Source of the DNA: Dipteris shenzhenensis
Lineage: Eukaryota
Assembly: GCA_047967505.1 (NCBI GenBank)
Contig: CM106538.1
Reading direction: 5' to 3' (one strand)
Length of the DNA: 64,000 bases
The translations under genes and the position numbers were made by a program. Numbering within the stretch: the first letter of the stretch is position 1; the number at the start of each line of letters is the position of its first letter. The notes beneath the pieces are model-generated. The model saw only the letters and a program-made list of their open reading frames with translations, did not search any database and was not told the DNA's origin. Below, piece by piece: positions 25,541 to 39,200 of this stretch.

Positions 25541-26509
25541 AGATTCAATTACTTCATGCAAGTAGTGAGAAGGACAGGCATGTAATTTCCAAGTGTTGTA
25601 TTGCATGATCACAGCCTTCTACACAAGTAAAACCTCTTCTTATTCATTAGTGTTATTTGTTGAAATGATTAAAATTACTGAACAGTTTGCAATCACATTT
25701 AAGAGGCAATTGTTTAGAATCGTAGTGCAAGATTCTGCTTAACTGGAGTACATCTAATTAAGAGGTTTAATGGAAATTTATGGAGCTATCCATCTGTTTG
25801 ACTAGCCAACTTGTAAAATCTGCATTTTAATTGATAGTATGGTACATAAATTCTCTCCCATGGATGAAGTGATTATTATGGAGTCCTGTAGAGAGATTTG
25901 GCAGAATATTCGAATGTTGGGATTGTGAGGAGCAGGAATGTGTAAAGTCACTCAAAATGTTCAAAAGTACATCTTGATGCTTGTGATTGAAATAGATTGG
26001 CTAGTGTGCTTGCCAAGCACTACAAAGCTGTCTATAACATTTGTGTGATGAGATAGTCATTGTGCTAACTCACCTTGTATATCCTCTTCATGTAATTAAA
26101 GATGATTTATACTCACACAAGTTTGTTATGTATGTTATGACAAAAGCAGGGGTTGTGTTTGGTTGAAAGGTTGGTTTGACTATCGTAGTCAGATATGCAG
26201 AGGATATGCATGGTAACGTGGAATATGTCAAGCCCTCACTTGATATGTTTCGGGATTTCATTCTATAGCAATAAATTTATAATTGGGTTGTCTTGTGATG
26301 CGTCAGGTTTTTGAGAAGCTTGGGCCAAGCTTGTATATTTTTCTACTTAAAAATAGTTACAAGCCTTTTCATGTTGATCTAGTTTGTGATTTTGGCCATC
26401 AGCTTTTGGACTCAAGTGCATGTATGTTTGTTTCTCTTTTTTATGTCTTTGTGCTACTTCATTTATTATATTTTGTCTACTAAAAATTTGGGAAGGGGGA
26501 TGAAAATTT

Positions 26510-27480
26510 TTTGCTGAGATTTCTAGAAATGGCTTGGAAAGAGACCTTTCAGTTGGCCACACCTCGGTTGATGTGTATGCCAAATGTGGCGTGCTTGCAA
26601 AAGCACAGGCATTGTTTGATAAGTATCAGTTCACAATGTAGTTCCTTGGATTGTGCTAATTGCAAGGTATGTTGAACATGGGGCTGGTAAGGAAACTATT
26701 TTGAACAAATGCAAGTAGAGGGCGTCTCTCCACATACTGCCACATTTGTTTATAGCTAAAAAACTTGTGGCAGGATAGGAGCTACAGGCAAGGGTAGAGA
26801 AATACCTCACAAATACATGCTGAGATCACTAGGAAGGGGCTGGAGATAGAGACCTTTTTGTTGACAGCACCTTGTTTGAAATGTAGCTCACTTGCAATGA
26901 GCTTAGTGAGGAAGAACTAAAATATTGTAAACAGGTGCAATGTTGGGGATCCCCACTAATGATGTCATATTTGTCTCTAGCTCAAGAAAGCTTGTGGTAA
27001 CTTTGGAGTAGTAGAAAATAGTTAAGTACTACATGCTAAGATTGCTAGAAAGAGATTGGAAAGAGATTTTGTTGTTGGAAACGCCTTCATTGATATGTAT
27101 GCCATGTGTTGCTCGCTTGTGAATTGGCAAGCTTCAGGTCAAGATGTGGTGCTTGGACTTCTCTAATTGTATGATATTCTGAAAACGCGCTTGGTAAGGA
27201 AACACTAAATTGTTTTCAATAGATGCTACTAGAGGGCATTCTCTCCAAATGCCATCACATTTATGTCCATCTTGAAAGATTGTGGTAGCATAGGAGCCAT
27301 AGACAAGGGCCAAGAAATACATGCTCATACTGCTACAAAGGGGTTGGAACTAGATCTTATTGTTGGCCGCACCTTGGTAGATATGTATGCCAAATGTGGT
27401 TCATTGGCAAAAGCATGGGAAGTATTTGGCAAACTACCAATTGGAGACATAATTAGGAATGCACTAATTGTAGGATACAT
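26510..27480 (+). pseudogene. PLS-class PPR pseudogene (inverted paralog)
   Basis: LKDCGSIGAIDKGQEIH...GRTLVDMYAKCGSLAKAWEVF, with stops and frameshifts. Confidence 0.88.
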
Positions 27481-27539
27481 AGATGGGATCAGCTCAAATC
27501 ACACGTGAAGAGGGGGAGGAAGAACATTCATTGCATGAT

Positions 27540-28200
27540 CATGATGAGATGTATAGAAGATTTAGTGGACATATGACTCATTGTAGGCATGCGATGGTAT
27601 GCTTGCACTAAGATATTAGTATGAGAGATGAATTTCCATCTTCAACTATGATGACTGGTGCTACGGCTTAGACCTTTGGTGATTATCCATTTCCTTATAG
27701 GTTGGCACCACTTGTAAGGAGTTACAATCATAGGGCAACATGGTGCTTGGTTATAGCATGACTTCCTCAACCAAGAAGACTTCTCTTATTAGGGTCATCG
27801 ATACATGTTAGCTCCATCTATTGTCAGACCAGTTGAGGATTGTATAGTTTGCAATATGCTCATGTGCCAAGCGACCATTTTGTCACATTGATGCCATTTT
27901 GCGAGCTCAAATACTCATGGGTGATTGGCACCTGCTATTTAGATATATGTTGAATTTGGCATCATATGGCATATGCATGAACGTCACATCTCTTAGAAAG
28001 AAAGAGTGGGAAACTTATGTTGATCATTTATATGTACAGATGCATGATTTAGCTCCATGGGAGACAAAGATAGGACAAATTGTATATACGAGGAACATGT
28101 AGGACATGAGTCTAATTATATGCCTAGACTTGTAGGATGATGCATGGTGGTTGTAGCCACTAGGAGTCGATCCGCATGAAAAGAGTTGACTATACATTAT
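27540..28200 (+). mobile_element. Decayed CACTA/En-Spm transposase-like remnant
   Basis: Traces GDYP and GHRYML; weak evidence. Confidence 0.3.
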
Positions 28201-31200
28201 TCATTTTGTATGGAGATACTTGCTCGTAGGCAACAAGAGTTAGCAAGATTACCCCTTGATGTTCCATTCGGTCATCACCCAAAGAGTGTGGCTTTCATTC
28301 CATTATGGGGTATTTATACAAGTGGCAGAGCTTCTCTATCTGCATGTAGGAATTGTAAGACATTCTCTCGCTACATGTAGAACTTGCATATAGAAGTTGC
28401 ATGTAGGAGTTGCAAGCTGCATGTAGAACTCGCATGTTGCATGTTGCATGTAGAACTCACATGTTGCAAGTTGCATGTTGCATGTAGGAGTTGCATGTTG
28501 CATGTAGAACTTGTATGTTGCATGTTGCATGTAGAAGTTGCATGTTGAACTTGCATGTAGGAATTGCATGTAGAACATGCATGAAGGAGTTGCAAGTAGA
28601 ACTTGCATATTGAGGATTCCTAAGAGAGATTATTCCTAGCCTTATGCAAGTACAAGCGGAGCTTTGCCTCTACTCTACACTCATTTTCTGTACTACCTAA
28701 GTCCATGTTGGCACAGAGACAACATACTCCCGGATCCATTTTATTACCCATCCTTGGGTACTGGCTTATTATAATCACGTAGTTGGGATGCCATGCGTGA
28801 AATATAGTGGCTGTGGAACTTGTGTCGTGCCAGTTGATCCTACTGTAAAGCCTTGGCACCATACAATTTTTGCTCTATTTCCAGGTAGCCTGTATCCACC
28901 ATTTGTTCGAATAGAGATACGTGGTGTGCTTCTAAGAAGATGACTCTTTGATAGAGTCAGCTTGTAATTTGAGCATCAATCTGTTCATTGGGATTGAAAC
29001 TGAGTGGAGGCAAATGGCATTCGAGGTGGTTGGGGACGTCCAAAATGTATTCCAATGTTTTGCAAAAGATAGCACTTTGGCAAAGGAAGCAGTCAGTGTT
29101 GCTGCGCATTATTTGCTCATGTTGCTAAAGTGCTCGAATCATTGCACCTTGGATATTCCATTCTACACCAAAGTATGGTTCGATCATTGGCCAATTAATG
29201 GTATGATCTTCACCCAAAGTGTGTATATTGGTTTCCCATCTGTGGAACTGCATAGAACTTGGGATGGGTTCTAAGACATGGAGGTGGATGCAAGTACTCT
29301 TTTGAGAAGCTTACATTAAAGATCTTGGGATGGTGCCAATCAAGTTGGGGATCCAACTTGCTTATCCAATCTTCACTAATTTAACACTGACAAAGGTTGG
29401 TAGGGAAGTTGTCAAAGGGTCCATCCACCTCGAGTTTTCATATCAAGATATTTGCTCCAAAATTCCTTGATGGGGATACTGGGAAGTGGTATCTCATCAA
29501 AATCATACCCATCATTGGAATTTGGCATGGGAGTACGAATTGGATTATCCAGATCTTGATATTCAAAAACAAATACTATGTCATTATCTATTGATGGCAC
29601 TACAAGTAGTGTCAGAGGTGATGATGGGGTAGGGAGAGAATCTGGGGACATGGTAGAGAAATATCAAAGAGTGTTAGTTGTGGTGGAAGCACGAGTAGAG
29701 GGACGGGGGGGAAGAACTAGGCAAATGGTTTGAGCAGCTTGGTAATCCTCAAGGGTAGGATTAGCAAGGGAAGGGAAAAAGCTAGGTGTGAGGGGCTCGT
29801 AAGTTTGTGACTGTTGGGTTAGTTGAAAATGGTGAGAGGCATGAGCAAAGAGACAATGAAGGGAATAGATGTTAGGATGGAGCTCAAGGAAGGTTTAGAG
29901 GGTGGTAGAAGCAAGGGTAAGTAACGTTATGAGGTTGGTAGAGAGAGTGGTTAGATATAGGAAGTTGGATGTGAGATAGGCCCTGTCATCTTCTGACATT
30001 TCTTTTTGCTGGTGCGATGGGATCATCAACTACAAGGGTGGGATGTCAGTTATGTCATCCCTTGCAACTAATAGTGATGGACTTTGTAGCAATGGCAACA
30101 AACCAGCAATACCCCTGAGGGGAGGACTAACCATGAGGCATACATATGTGATGAAAGCATCCATCCTAAGTGCTATAAACTCGGCATGTGCAGACAGGCA
30201 GAAGATATTTTTCTCATCTTCGAACAAGTCTTGGCAAATTATGTGCAGAGTTTTGGTCCCTATGGAATGTTCCCATTTGATTGTTGGATGAGTGGATATG
30301 ATCCTGATTTGGAGTTTCTTCCATTGGACAAGCACTCGTGCATTGAGGAGATCTTCCGCTTGGTATACCACCGTTGTGCATTGTAGTGAAACTTCATTGG
30401 TGTTGTCTTCCATTGCCTCATTGTTGTGCACTAGCAATTGGAGTTCAAGCTTGGAGATGATTATCTTTTGGGATTGCATCTCATCCATTTTTTCTTTATA
30501 TTTATGGTAAATGGATGTCTATGCCTCCTTAAGCTTTCTCATTTGCAAGGTGACCTTCGCCTATTGAGGAATGTCTTCAGTGGTATTGGACCATTGGTCC
30601 ATGACTTGTGCTTTTGAAGTGCTGGTCTCTTGAGTGGTAGCAAGTTGGTCCTTTAAGATTCTACAGTCCCTTGTAAGCTCTTCAATAATGAACATGTGTA
30701 TTACTAAAGACTGTTGCATGTCTTTAAGCTTGTCTTGGCAATCCTAGAGCTCTTCTTCTTTGTGGATTAGAGTGAGTCGAGAGCTTGTGCCAATGCCTCT
30801 ATTTGCTAGAGCATGTGTAGAGGTCAAGGAGTTATAGTAGGTCTCTATGATTGCCATAGCTTGGACTGCTGCTCTCAGCTGTATTTGGCTTTGGTGGAAA
30901 TTGGAAGTCACATCTCTCACTGCCTTCTCTTGAGCTTGGAGAACTTGGTTCATGCGCACTTCTTCAACCTTCTTCTCATTTATTTGCACCCGAAGTGCCT
31001 TGACCTCTCTGGCGATTGCCTGAAATTGGTCTTTGATTGCTGCTGTAGTATATTGTCTATCCAATTCTCGTGCATGTTCCTTCTTGGCCAAGGGATCATT
31101 TGGCTAGCTTGATGATGGAGAATGATAGACGGTGATGAGGATTGGCGATACTACTGATACAATTGGTGCCCATGTAGGCATCTTGATGATTTTGTAGTAC

Positions 31201-32706
31201 TTGTTGGGGGTTGTTCCAATGGTATTTTAGTCACTTGGGTATAGTAGTCATACTGTTGATCTGGCACTAGCTCCCCTTGTGGTTCATGGACTCTGGCATG
31301 GCATCGATGGGTGGTGCTGGTGCCGCTATAGCCTCAGGCTCTAGTGTTGATCTTGCCTCAAGCATAGGCTGTTACTGCTGTTGGAGATATATTGGTTGCA
31401 GTTGTGCACCGAGCTGTAGCATCTCGTGGGGCAATTCCTCAATTCCGACCTCCACAATAGGCATTTCTTCTTAGGTATCTGCATTTGCTAATGTGATGAA
31501 CTTGGTGATAGCTCCCATGCTAGTGAGAAGGGAATCTCTAACTCCTCGATAGGTTTTGGTGATTGGGGCCTGCAGAGTCATTTCTCGTTCGTGTAGCTCT
31601 TTATTGATGATTACAGCCAATAAGTGCAGAATTTTACATTTTTGGCATAATGAACCATCTAGTTTTTTTGTGAAGAAGATGATTAAGTGCTCGATCCAGT
31701 CTTACTTTAGTTTCCTACTCAGCAAAACAAATGTGCGGAGTGAAAGGGATCGATTATTGCCACACTTAACCCCCAGGATTGTAGATAGGAATTGTGATGC
31801 TTCCTTGAGGTGAGGGTTAATGATGGTGCGAAGTAATATGCCATCCCTATGGAACATTGTGCCCTTGGCAAGGAGAGGTTGTACATCGAGAAATTTAGCA
31901 TCGACAGGCCTTGTAGGGTATTTGGCACCTTGTGTTGGGAGTGAGAAGGCCCTTTGAATGACTGTACTATCGAGGATAATGTTTAGTGGATCTGATGTAT
32001 AGTGATGGTACTGTACTTGCCAACTTGTGCATTGCTAGAGTGGTAAGAATGGAGAAAGTCCTTGATGTATGTGGTCATTGTAGGACTATCTTCCAAGGAT
32101 TTTAGGCTCTCATACAAACTGCCTAGACCCCTTTGCTCTAAGAAAGTTGTTGTTGCATTGGAAAGAGCATAAGTTGATGTAGGTGGCCACACAAGTTCCA
32201 ACGAATGGGCCCCGTCAATGGTTGTGTAGCCAGTAGTGACTGGGGTGGCATTTGTTCTTCTTAGGTTTCCATGTCCTGCACAGAATCCTCCTCAGAGCTA
32301 TCGCTCTGAACCACAAATGCATGTGGTCACCGTGGTTGAGAGGAGGTAGATGTCTACGAACTCTGGAGGGGATCTCGTGGTTGAGGTGATGGGCTCTTTC
32401 TATGCATCCTCTTTAGTGGCGGCATTGTTTCTGAACCAGCATCCATGTGCATATGGTGTACCATTGATCATTAGATTAGTTGGCATGCAAGTATGACATT
32501 TGTGTGTGTTTGTGAGAGATCTTATTTTTACACATGCTTTGAGAGTGTGGAATGAAAGTGTGTAGCACAATTATTCATGCAATCGACCATGTGTCTAAGC
32601 GAAAGCATGTGAGTGCACGTGACCTAGTAGCTAGGTAGGGACTAACTATATTTGTTACTTAGATTTCATAGGGCAGCTAGAACTCAGGCATCACTTCTGA
32701 GCCCTA

Positions 32707-33088
32707 GGTTGAAATCGATTGATGCTACCTATATGTGCGAAGATGTACATATGCAAGTGAGTGCTCGTGATACAATCTAATCCTAACTAAGGAAAACTTG
32801 GGTTTCCCAAATCTTCATTTTTGTCGTGGATGGCTTTGCGTGGTGTAGTAGTAGCGCTTCAATTGGCTCCTGTTTATTGTTGTGTTAAATTGGACTCGGT
32901 TGAAATCGATTTGATGCTACCTATATGTGCGAAGATGTACATATGCAAGTGAGTGCTCGTGATACAATCTAATCCTAACTAAGGAAGACTTGGGTTTCCC
33001 AAATCTTCATTTTTGTCGTGGATGGCTTGTGTGGTGTAGTAGTAGCGCTTCAATTGGCTCCTGTTTATTGTTGTGTTAAATTGGACTC
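32707..33088. repeat. ~191-bp tandem duplication
   Basis: GGTTGAAATCGAT...TTGGACTC at 32707-32897 and 32898-33088. Confidence 0.9.
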
Positions 33089-34510
33089 CATCCAATGTTT
33101 CTAGCAGCACAGCTCTAATGGGATTCATCTTTCTTACTCGATAGGATCCTTGACCTAGATACTTGAGTTTTCCCTTGTGTACTTTGGCATTGTATAACAA
33201 GACTGTCACCTTCCTTGATGTCTTTGGCTTTAAGATTCTTATCAAACCATGTCCTTCTTCTGTGTTTTTCTATTGTCATGGCATGGTAGGCGACTAATCT
33301 TGTCTCTGTATGCTCTCTCCAATTGATAGAGTCTTTCTTTCAAGGATGCATGATCTCCCATGTGTTCCTGTACTACTATGCATAGGCTTGGTATTACAAA
33401 TCCTAGTGGGACCATGGCTTACAGGCCATACAACAATTGAAAATGTATATTCTCTGTACTGACCTTGAGTGTGGTTCGGTATGCCCATAAGGCTGCATTT
33501 AGTTTCTCTACCCAATCAGAACGTTGTGGTTCTACTACCTTGGTGAGGATAATGCATAATATTTTGTTGGTGGATTCAGCCTGTCCATTCCCTTGGGGAT
33601 AGTAGGGTGTGCTTTTTCTATGGATTACCATAAAGCCAGACAAGAGTTGTTAGATTTCCTCATTGACAAAATCTATCTTTATTCGACACAATTTCAATGG
33701 GGCATCTGAATCGGGTGATCACATTCTTGTTTGAGAATCTTGCTGTGCTTCTGGCATCGGCTTTTCTGACTGCTTTAGCTTCAGCCCATTTGGTAAAGTA
33801 ATCAGTGGCCACAATGATGTAGCATGCCTGTGTTTCCTTTGCTGCTGGATGGATGGGACCCACATAGTCAATCCCCCATTTTTCAAATGGTTTTTGTGCA
33901 ACAGCTATTGTTAGGGAATTGAAGTCTTTGTGTTGGGGTTTAGTGGTCCGTTGGCATACATCACAACCTTTGACCTATTCATATGCATCTGCCCAAAGTG
34001 TTGGCCACCAATAACCTGTGAGGAGGACTTTTCTTGCTGTGGCTTCCCCTTGGAAGAATCCTCCTACAATGCCTTCATGGACTTCACTCAGGATTGGCAT
34101 GATCTCATGAGGCATTACACATCTTCTTAAAACCTAGTCTTTGCCCATCTTGTACAGTTGTCATGCAATGAGTTGATAGGGTGCAGCTTTTAAAATTAGT
34201 TTTCTGGCATCCACTGCTTTCATTTTCGGGGGTGGTTGTCCTGCCATTAAGCACCCAATGATATCTCCACACCAATCTGGAATAGCATCTATCTGAAATA
34301 GTGTGGCATCTGGCAAGTCATCTTCAACTCCAGTGGCTTCTTCTCCCGACTTGACATGAGACATGTGATTGACAATGTAGTGTTGGGCACCTTTGCAAAC
34401 CACTATTTTGAAGTTGAATTCTTGCAGCAAGAGGAGCCATCTGGTTATTCTTCCTATTGTATACAGACGGCTCACAAGATAAAGCAATGCATGAGAGTAC
34501 AATATCAATA
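32979..34510 (-). pseudogene. Gypsy RNase H C-terminus and integrase
   Basis: GRITRWLLLLQEFNF, YIIVATDYFTKWAEA, STPYYPQGNGQAESTNK, ALWAYRT and a GPY-like KYLGQGSYRV. Confidence 0.9.
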
Positions 34511-34559
34511 CTCAGTGGGGCCAAGTCATGGATTAGATCTTGAGCTTGTTTCTGAGCCT

Positions 34560-35920
34560 CAAATTGAGATTGTTCCTTTTGTACCCATTGTTGAAGTGCC
34601 TAAAAATGAGCCTTCTCCACTTTTGCATTTGGGTATGGAGCTTCTTTTATTTGAGGATTGGGCTCAGATTGGGAGCTGATGTCGATGAACTTGGCTGCTC
34701 ATTGCTTGGCAGAGGTAGAGGCACTTGTGCAATCTTTTTAAGAAGTCGTCTTGGTTGGATTGGAATATTAGGGTCCTTGGTGGCCTCTTTTTGATGGCAT
34801 GTAATTACATTCACAGGTTGTGATATTACGCTTGCCGGTCCAAGACTTTGACGATCCACCCTAATAATGTCGATTGGGACATCAGGCTTAGCCTCAATTT
34901 GTTATGGGACCTTATTTTTCAATGGACAATCCATACATGCATGGCCTATGCCACAATCTCTGCAGAGTGGTTGAAAAGTAGTGGGGCTACCATGATGAGG
35001 GCACCCTGCGATCCGGTGATTTTCTCCACAACCGTAGCACTTGATTGGTGCTCGATATGTATTGGGTCAAATTTGATTTGCATAGACTGGTATTAAACCT
35101 TTTGTGCCTTCTACATAGTACACTGGGTACTCGGCTTCATACTCGAATGGCAAGTCCACTTCCTTGGCTTGCAGTTGTTGTATTGAAACTACCTGAGGAG
35201 TTCGGTTTGGTGCTCTTGGATATGGTTGTTGCGCATGTTGAAGATGCAACTATTTTCATCATGGCCACCGACTACATAGGTATGGCACCACAACCTTGGT
35301 GGTGGATTTGCTTGTGCAATCATCCTGGCTCGTAGGACCGAGCATTCATTTGTTGTATGATTGGCCATGCCGTGTGGGCACCATACATTTTCTTGCCATG
35401 GATAAGTTTGAGGTGGCGGCTAAGACATGTGAAGCTTTTGTTCCATGGCTTTCATCATTTCTTCTTTTAGCTTCATGGTCATTAGACGTTTTGGCAATGG
35501 ACTTGGATTTTTCCTTTTTATAGCATTTATCTCATGCACTGGATCTTCCATCATCACTGTTGGTGTCAGAGTCGGTCATGCCATCTTTGATGTTAATGGC
35601 TGCCGCATGGGCAGCACTAAACGTTTTGTAACTGCTAATCTTTTTCATGTCTTTGTAGATTTTCCTCCTTTGTCCTACAATGAATCAGGCCATGAGGTAC
35701 TTTGCATCGAGGCGTGGGTAACATTTGGCAATTAGGCGTTTCATCTTGCCCAGGTACATGCGTACATCTTCTCGGTGACCTTATTCGAGCTTGCTTAGTT
35801 GGAGAGTGGGATCATCTTGTAGTCTCTCCATTTGAAAGCGCCTCTTGAAGCAGGTCCCATGTGGCTCTTTCTTCCACTAGGAGGTCTAGGTACCATTCCA
35901 ATGCTTCATCGATTAAGGTC
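34560..35920 (-). pseudogene. gag: Gypsy Gag remnant with zinc knuckles
   Basis: CYGCGENHRIAGC at ~35000-35045 and degenerate knuckles at ~35230-35420. Confidence 0.65.
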
Positions 35921-38213
35921 ATGGGGAACCAGGTGACCTTGGTTTCATTGGATTGATCTCCACCCACTCGGCATGCGGCATCAAAATGCTGGAGGAATCA
36001 CGCTGGATCGCCCCTACCATTATATTTGGGAAGTTCGAGTTTGCACAGGGGGGGCCTGCCTTGATTGTTATTATTGTTGCCAAAATTATTGTGATTAAAG
36101 AAAAATTTCCCCTCTGCATCGAGGTCAATATCCCAATCATCACGACGGTGGTTGTGTCATGGAGGAGTCAAAGGGATTTCTTGAATTTCAGGGGGGCAAT
36201 CGAGGTAGAGGATTGTCAAAGGCATTGGATCGTAGCCAAGGGTATGCAAATTTAGTGAGCGTTGGTGTTGAAGCCATTGGCCAGAGCGTAGCTGCATGTA
36301 GATTTGGCGAGAGTTGCAAAGGGTGTCTCTGCCAGCAAGTGTGGGTGATAATGTAGTTGTGTTAGGGGGGTTAGAGATGTCTTAGTATTATAGGTACCAT
36401 CATGTCAATAATGTGCATAGGATTCTCCCATGTGTGTAGTGAAATGTGCTGGTGCAGACAAATTGTCAATCGGAGGTCACGGCGGAAATATACAAGCGAA
36501 TTAGTGCAAAAGAGGCCTACACCGAGGCATGAATTAACGAGTCCTAGGGATGCTGAAATGGTGTGAAATGGGCTGGAAAAATTTTTAGTAGCATGATGTT
36601 TCTGTGTGAAATCGTGGTTCAAGCGAGTCTAGTTTGGCCGCCAAATGGATGAGTTACGAGGGGTTAAAGTAGGGGTAAAATGGCCCTTATTTAGTTTTGG
36701 GGGGGTGGTCCTTGCTCGAAAGTTTGGTGTGAATGTGCTTTAAGTCTAACTGAGGGAGTTGAACTAGGGTGATTCCAGTTAGTCTAACTAGCCTATTACC
36801 CTAATTGTCTAGTTACATTAACTGTGAGTTACTCTATTCTAGCTTAGTCTAACCTAACTGTGGAGTGAACTAACTACAATTAGCTAAACTAACTACAGTT
36901 AGTTGAACTAACTATACTACAATGAGGCTAACCTAACCTACCCAACCTAGTCAACTAACCTAGGTTATGATTAACCTAACTATGGTTAGTTTAAGATTAA
37001 GTTATGCTTTTTTTAAATTAATATATAGGGGGCAACGGGCGGCATCTGAGCAGGGGGTTCACGCACGGAGAGGGGGGGTTAGAGATGCAAGAGGGGGGGA
37101 AGGTCAGGATGGAGGGGGGAGAGCTGTGTGAAGCTTCAGCCTTTGAAAAGTCTGGAGGAGCTAAGGGCCACCCCGTCAGGCATGCACTGAAGTTGGCGAG
37201 GCCTTAACCCTTAGTTCCTCAACCCTTAACCTCCATGATCTACAAGGGAGATGAGTTCTCCACCATGTACTCTGCCCTAAACCTTGGAACCTCCTTCTAA
37301 CCCTTGAACCTCTTCTAAACTTTGGAACCTCTCTCTGAACCTTAGAACCTCCTTCTAAACCCTGAACGTTCCTCTAACCCTTAAACTCCTCCTAAACCCT
37401 TCAAGCCCCAATGGAGGCAAAAGCCTTCATTACCCCAACCATGATGATGCATGCCCCTTTCACACATGCATGCACTATGTTTCCTTACCACAGTTAAGCC
37501 TACGTCTCTCACCGGAATACGACTCGAGGTCCTAAGCTACACTTATACTACAAACAACAACACCGATATATCTGTAGGTGAAAAAAAGCCTCGGAACCCT
37601 GCATACTGAGAAACCCATGGGTGGAAGGAGGAGGAGGAGGGAGGAGGAGGGAGGAGGAGAGGGAGAGGGAGAGGATGGGTTGCAAGGTTGGAGGAGAGGG
37701 GAGGAGGAGTTGCAAGGTTAGGACATGCTTTTGGATGTGGAGTGCAAGGAAGCATGGACACTTGAGACAATTGCTTGGAATACCAAAGTAGAACTCAATA
37801 CAATGCCCCAAAGAGTGTGGGCTTCATTCCATTATGGGGTATTTATACAAGTTGGAGAGCTTCTCTCTCTGCATGTAAGAATTGTAAGACATTCTCTCTC
37901 TACATGTAGAACTTGCATATAGAAGTTGCATGTAGGAGTTGCATGTAGAACTCGCATGTTGCATGTAGGAGTTGCATGTCGAACTCGTATGTTGCATGTT
38001 GCATGTAGGAGTTGCATGTTGAACTCGCATGTAGGAATCGCATATGTAGAACATGCGTGTAGGAGTTGCAAGTAGAACTTGCATGTTGAGGATTCCTAAG
38101 AGAGATTATTCCTAGCCTTATGCAAGTACAAGCAGAGCTTTGCTGCTACTCTACATACACATTCTACATACACATTCTGTACTACCTAAGTCCATGTTGG
38201 CATAGAGACAACA

Positions 38214-38340
38214 CATGTCCAACATGTGATGAAGAATCAGATACCAGATTTAGTAAGGACCTAAGGAAATTGGTTTATCGAAATTATAGGAAGTTCTTGC
38301 CAGTGGACCATCATAAGAATTTATATATAGAACAACGCAT
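38214..38340 (+). mobile_element. CACTA (Transposase_21/Tnp2-like) fragment
   Basis: CPTCDEE...KLVYRNYRKFLPVDH matches the CP.C...Y..HRRFLP.DH pattern. Confidence 0.6.
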
Positions 38341-38759
38341 AATACCTACAACTTAGTGTCATAACTAAGATCAAACAACGTAGATAATAGTATGATAAGT
38401 ACCAGCTGCAAGCTTAAACAATACAAAAGATAGTATGATAACTATATTGTTGCGATGTTCAATGGGGAAGATAAAGGTTGCTCATGAGTCACCTGTGGCA
38501 CCAACTAGCAATTTGATGAAGCAAAAACCAAGATAACAAGATGAGCTACAAATCCTCTATATTCCTCTGCTATCAGACAATATACTACTGCTATCATGGC
38601 AAAGGGTTATTCTACTTAGTGAAAATGGTTTGTACTTGATCATCTCCAAGCTCCGGGTAGAGCCTACCCTCACTATCGTCTGTCAAAGATACTAGGGTAG
38701 CATACACCACCACTACCCTCATAGTGGAATGATAGATTACCATGGATGACACCAGATTT

Positions 38760-39200
38760 TTGTGAAACATGTGCACACGAATATTAATACAATGCAATAT
38801 AATTCTAAAAGTAGACCTAGCAATATAGGTGGCAAAATGTCTTCATTACCATACTCCACAATGGTCTGGTACAAGGTACAAAATTGTCCCAGAAGAGGCA
38901 GCCTAGACATGAAATTTAACATTTCTATTTTACAAACAAAGCTAGATTGAAGGTGCTTCCACATGTGGTGTCTTCTCTCCTCTTTGTTGCATGCCCTATG
39001 GTGAGGATTTAGTCTAGCCCCAAAAGAGACCCATTAATGATGAAGGGCTACTACTTCTAGAAACAGAGAACCTCTATTGGACTATAGATCAAGCAGGCCT
39101 ATCTCTACAATTTTTATAAGCTGTGTGTCCCCTAGGGATCTTGGAGAGTCCAACTCATTAAGGAACATCACTCCTCTCTTACTGCTATATATTTTGGAGT
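38760..39200 (+). mobile_element. Gypsy integrase N-terminal remnant
   Basis: LCVP*GSWRVQLIKEHHSSLTA..FGV near 39120-39200. Confidence 0.5.

Larger units (their letters stand above)
24153..27480 (+). repeat. Right arm of inverted duplication (partner 15045-18320)
   Basis: Collinear reverse-complement similarity to the left arm, with arm-specific insertions. Confidence 0.9.
28275..38213 (-). mobile_element. Ty3/gypsy LTR retrotransposon lacking protease/RT, with a long extra ORF region
   Basis: LTR copies 28275-28724 (partial) and ~37050-38213 both start TGTTGTCTC on the minus strand. Gag zinc knuckles ~35000-35420, RNase H/integrase 32979-34510, coiled-coil ORF fragments 29400-32320. Confidence 0.85.

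Noticed and set aside
28336-28608. ORFs with repeated MQHAT/CNSYM motifs (also 37824-38084 and 581-904)
   Set aside because: Translations of tandem repeats inside LTRs.
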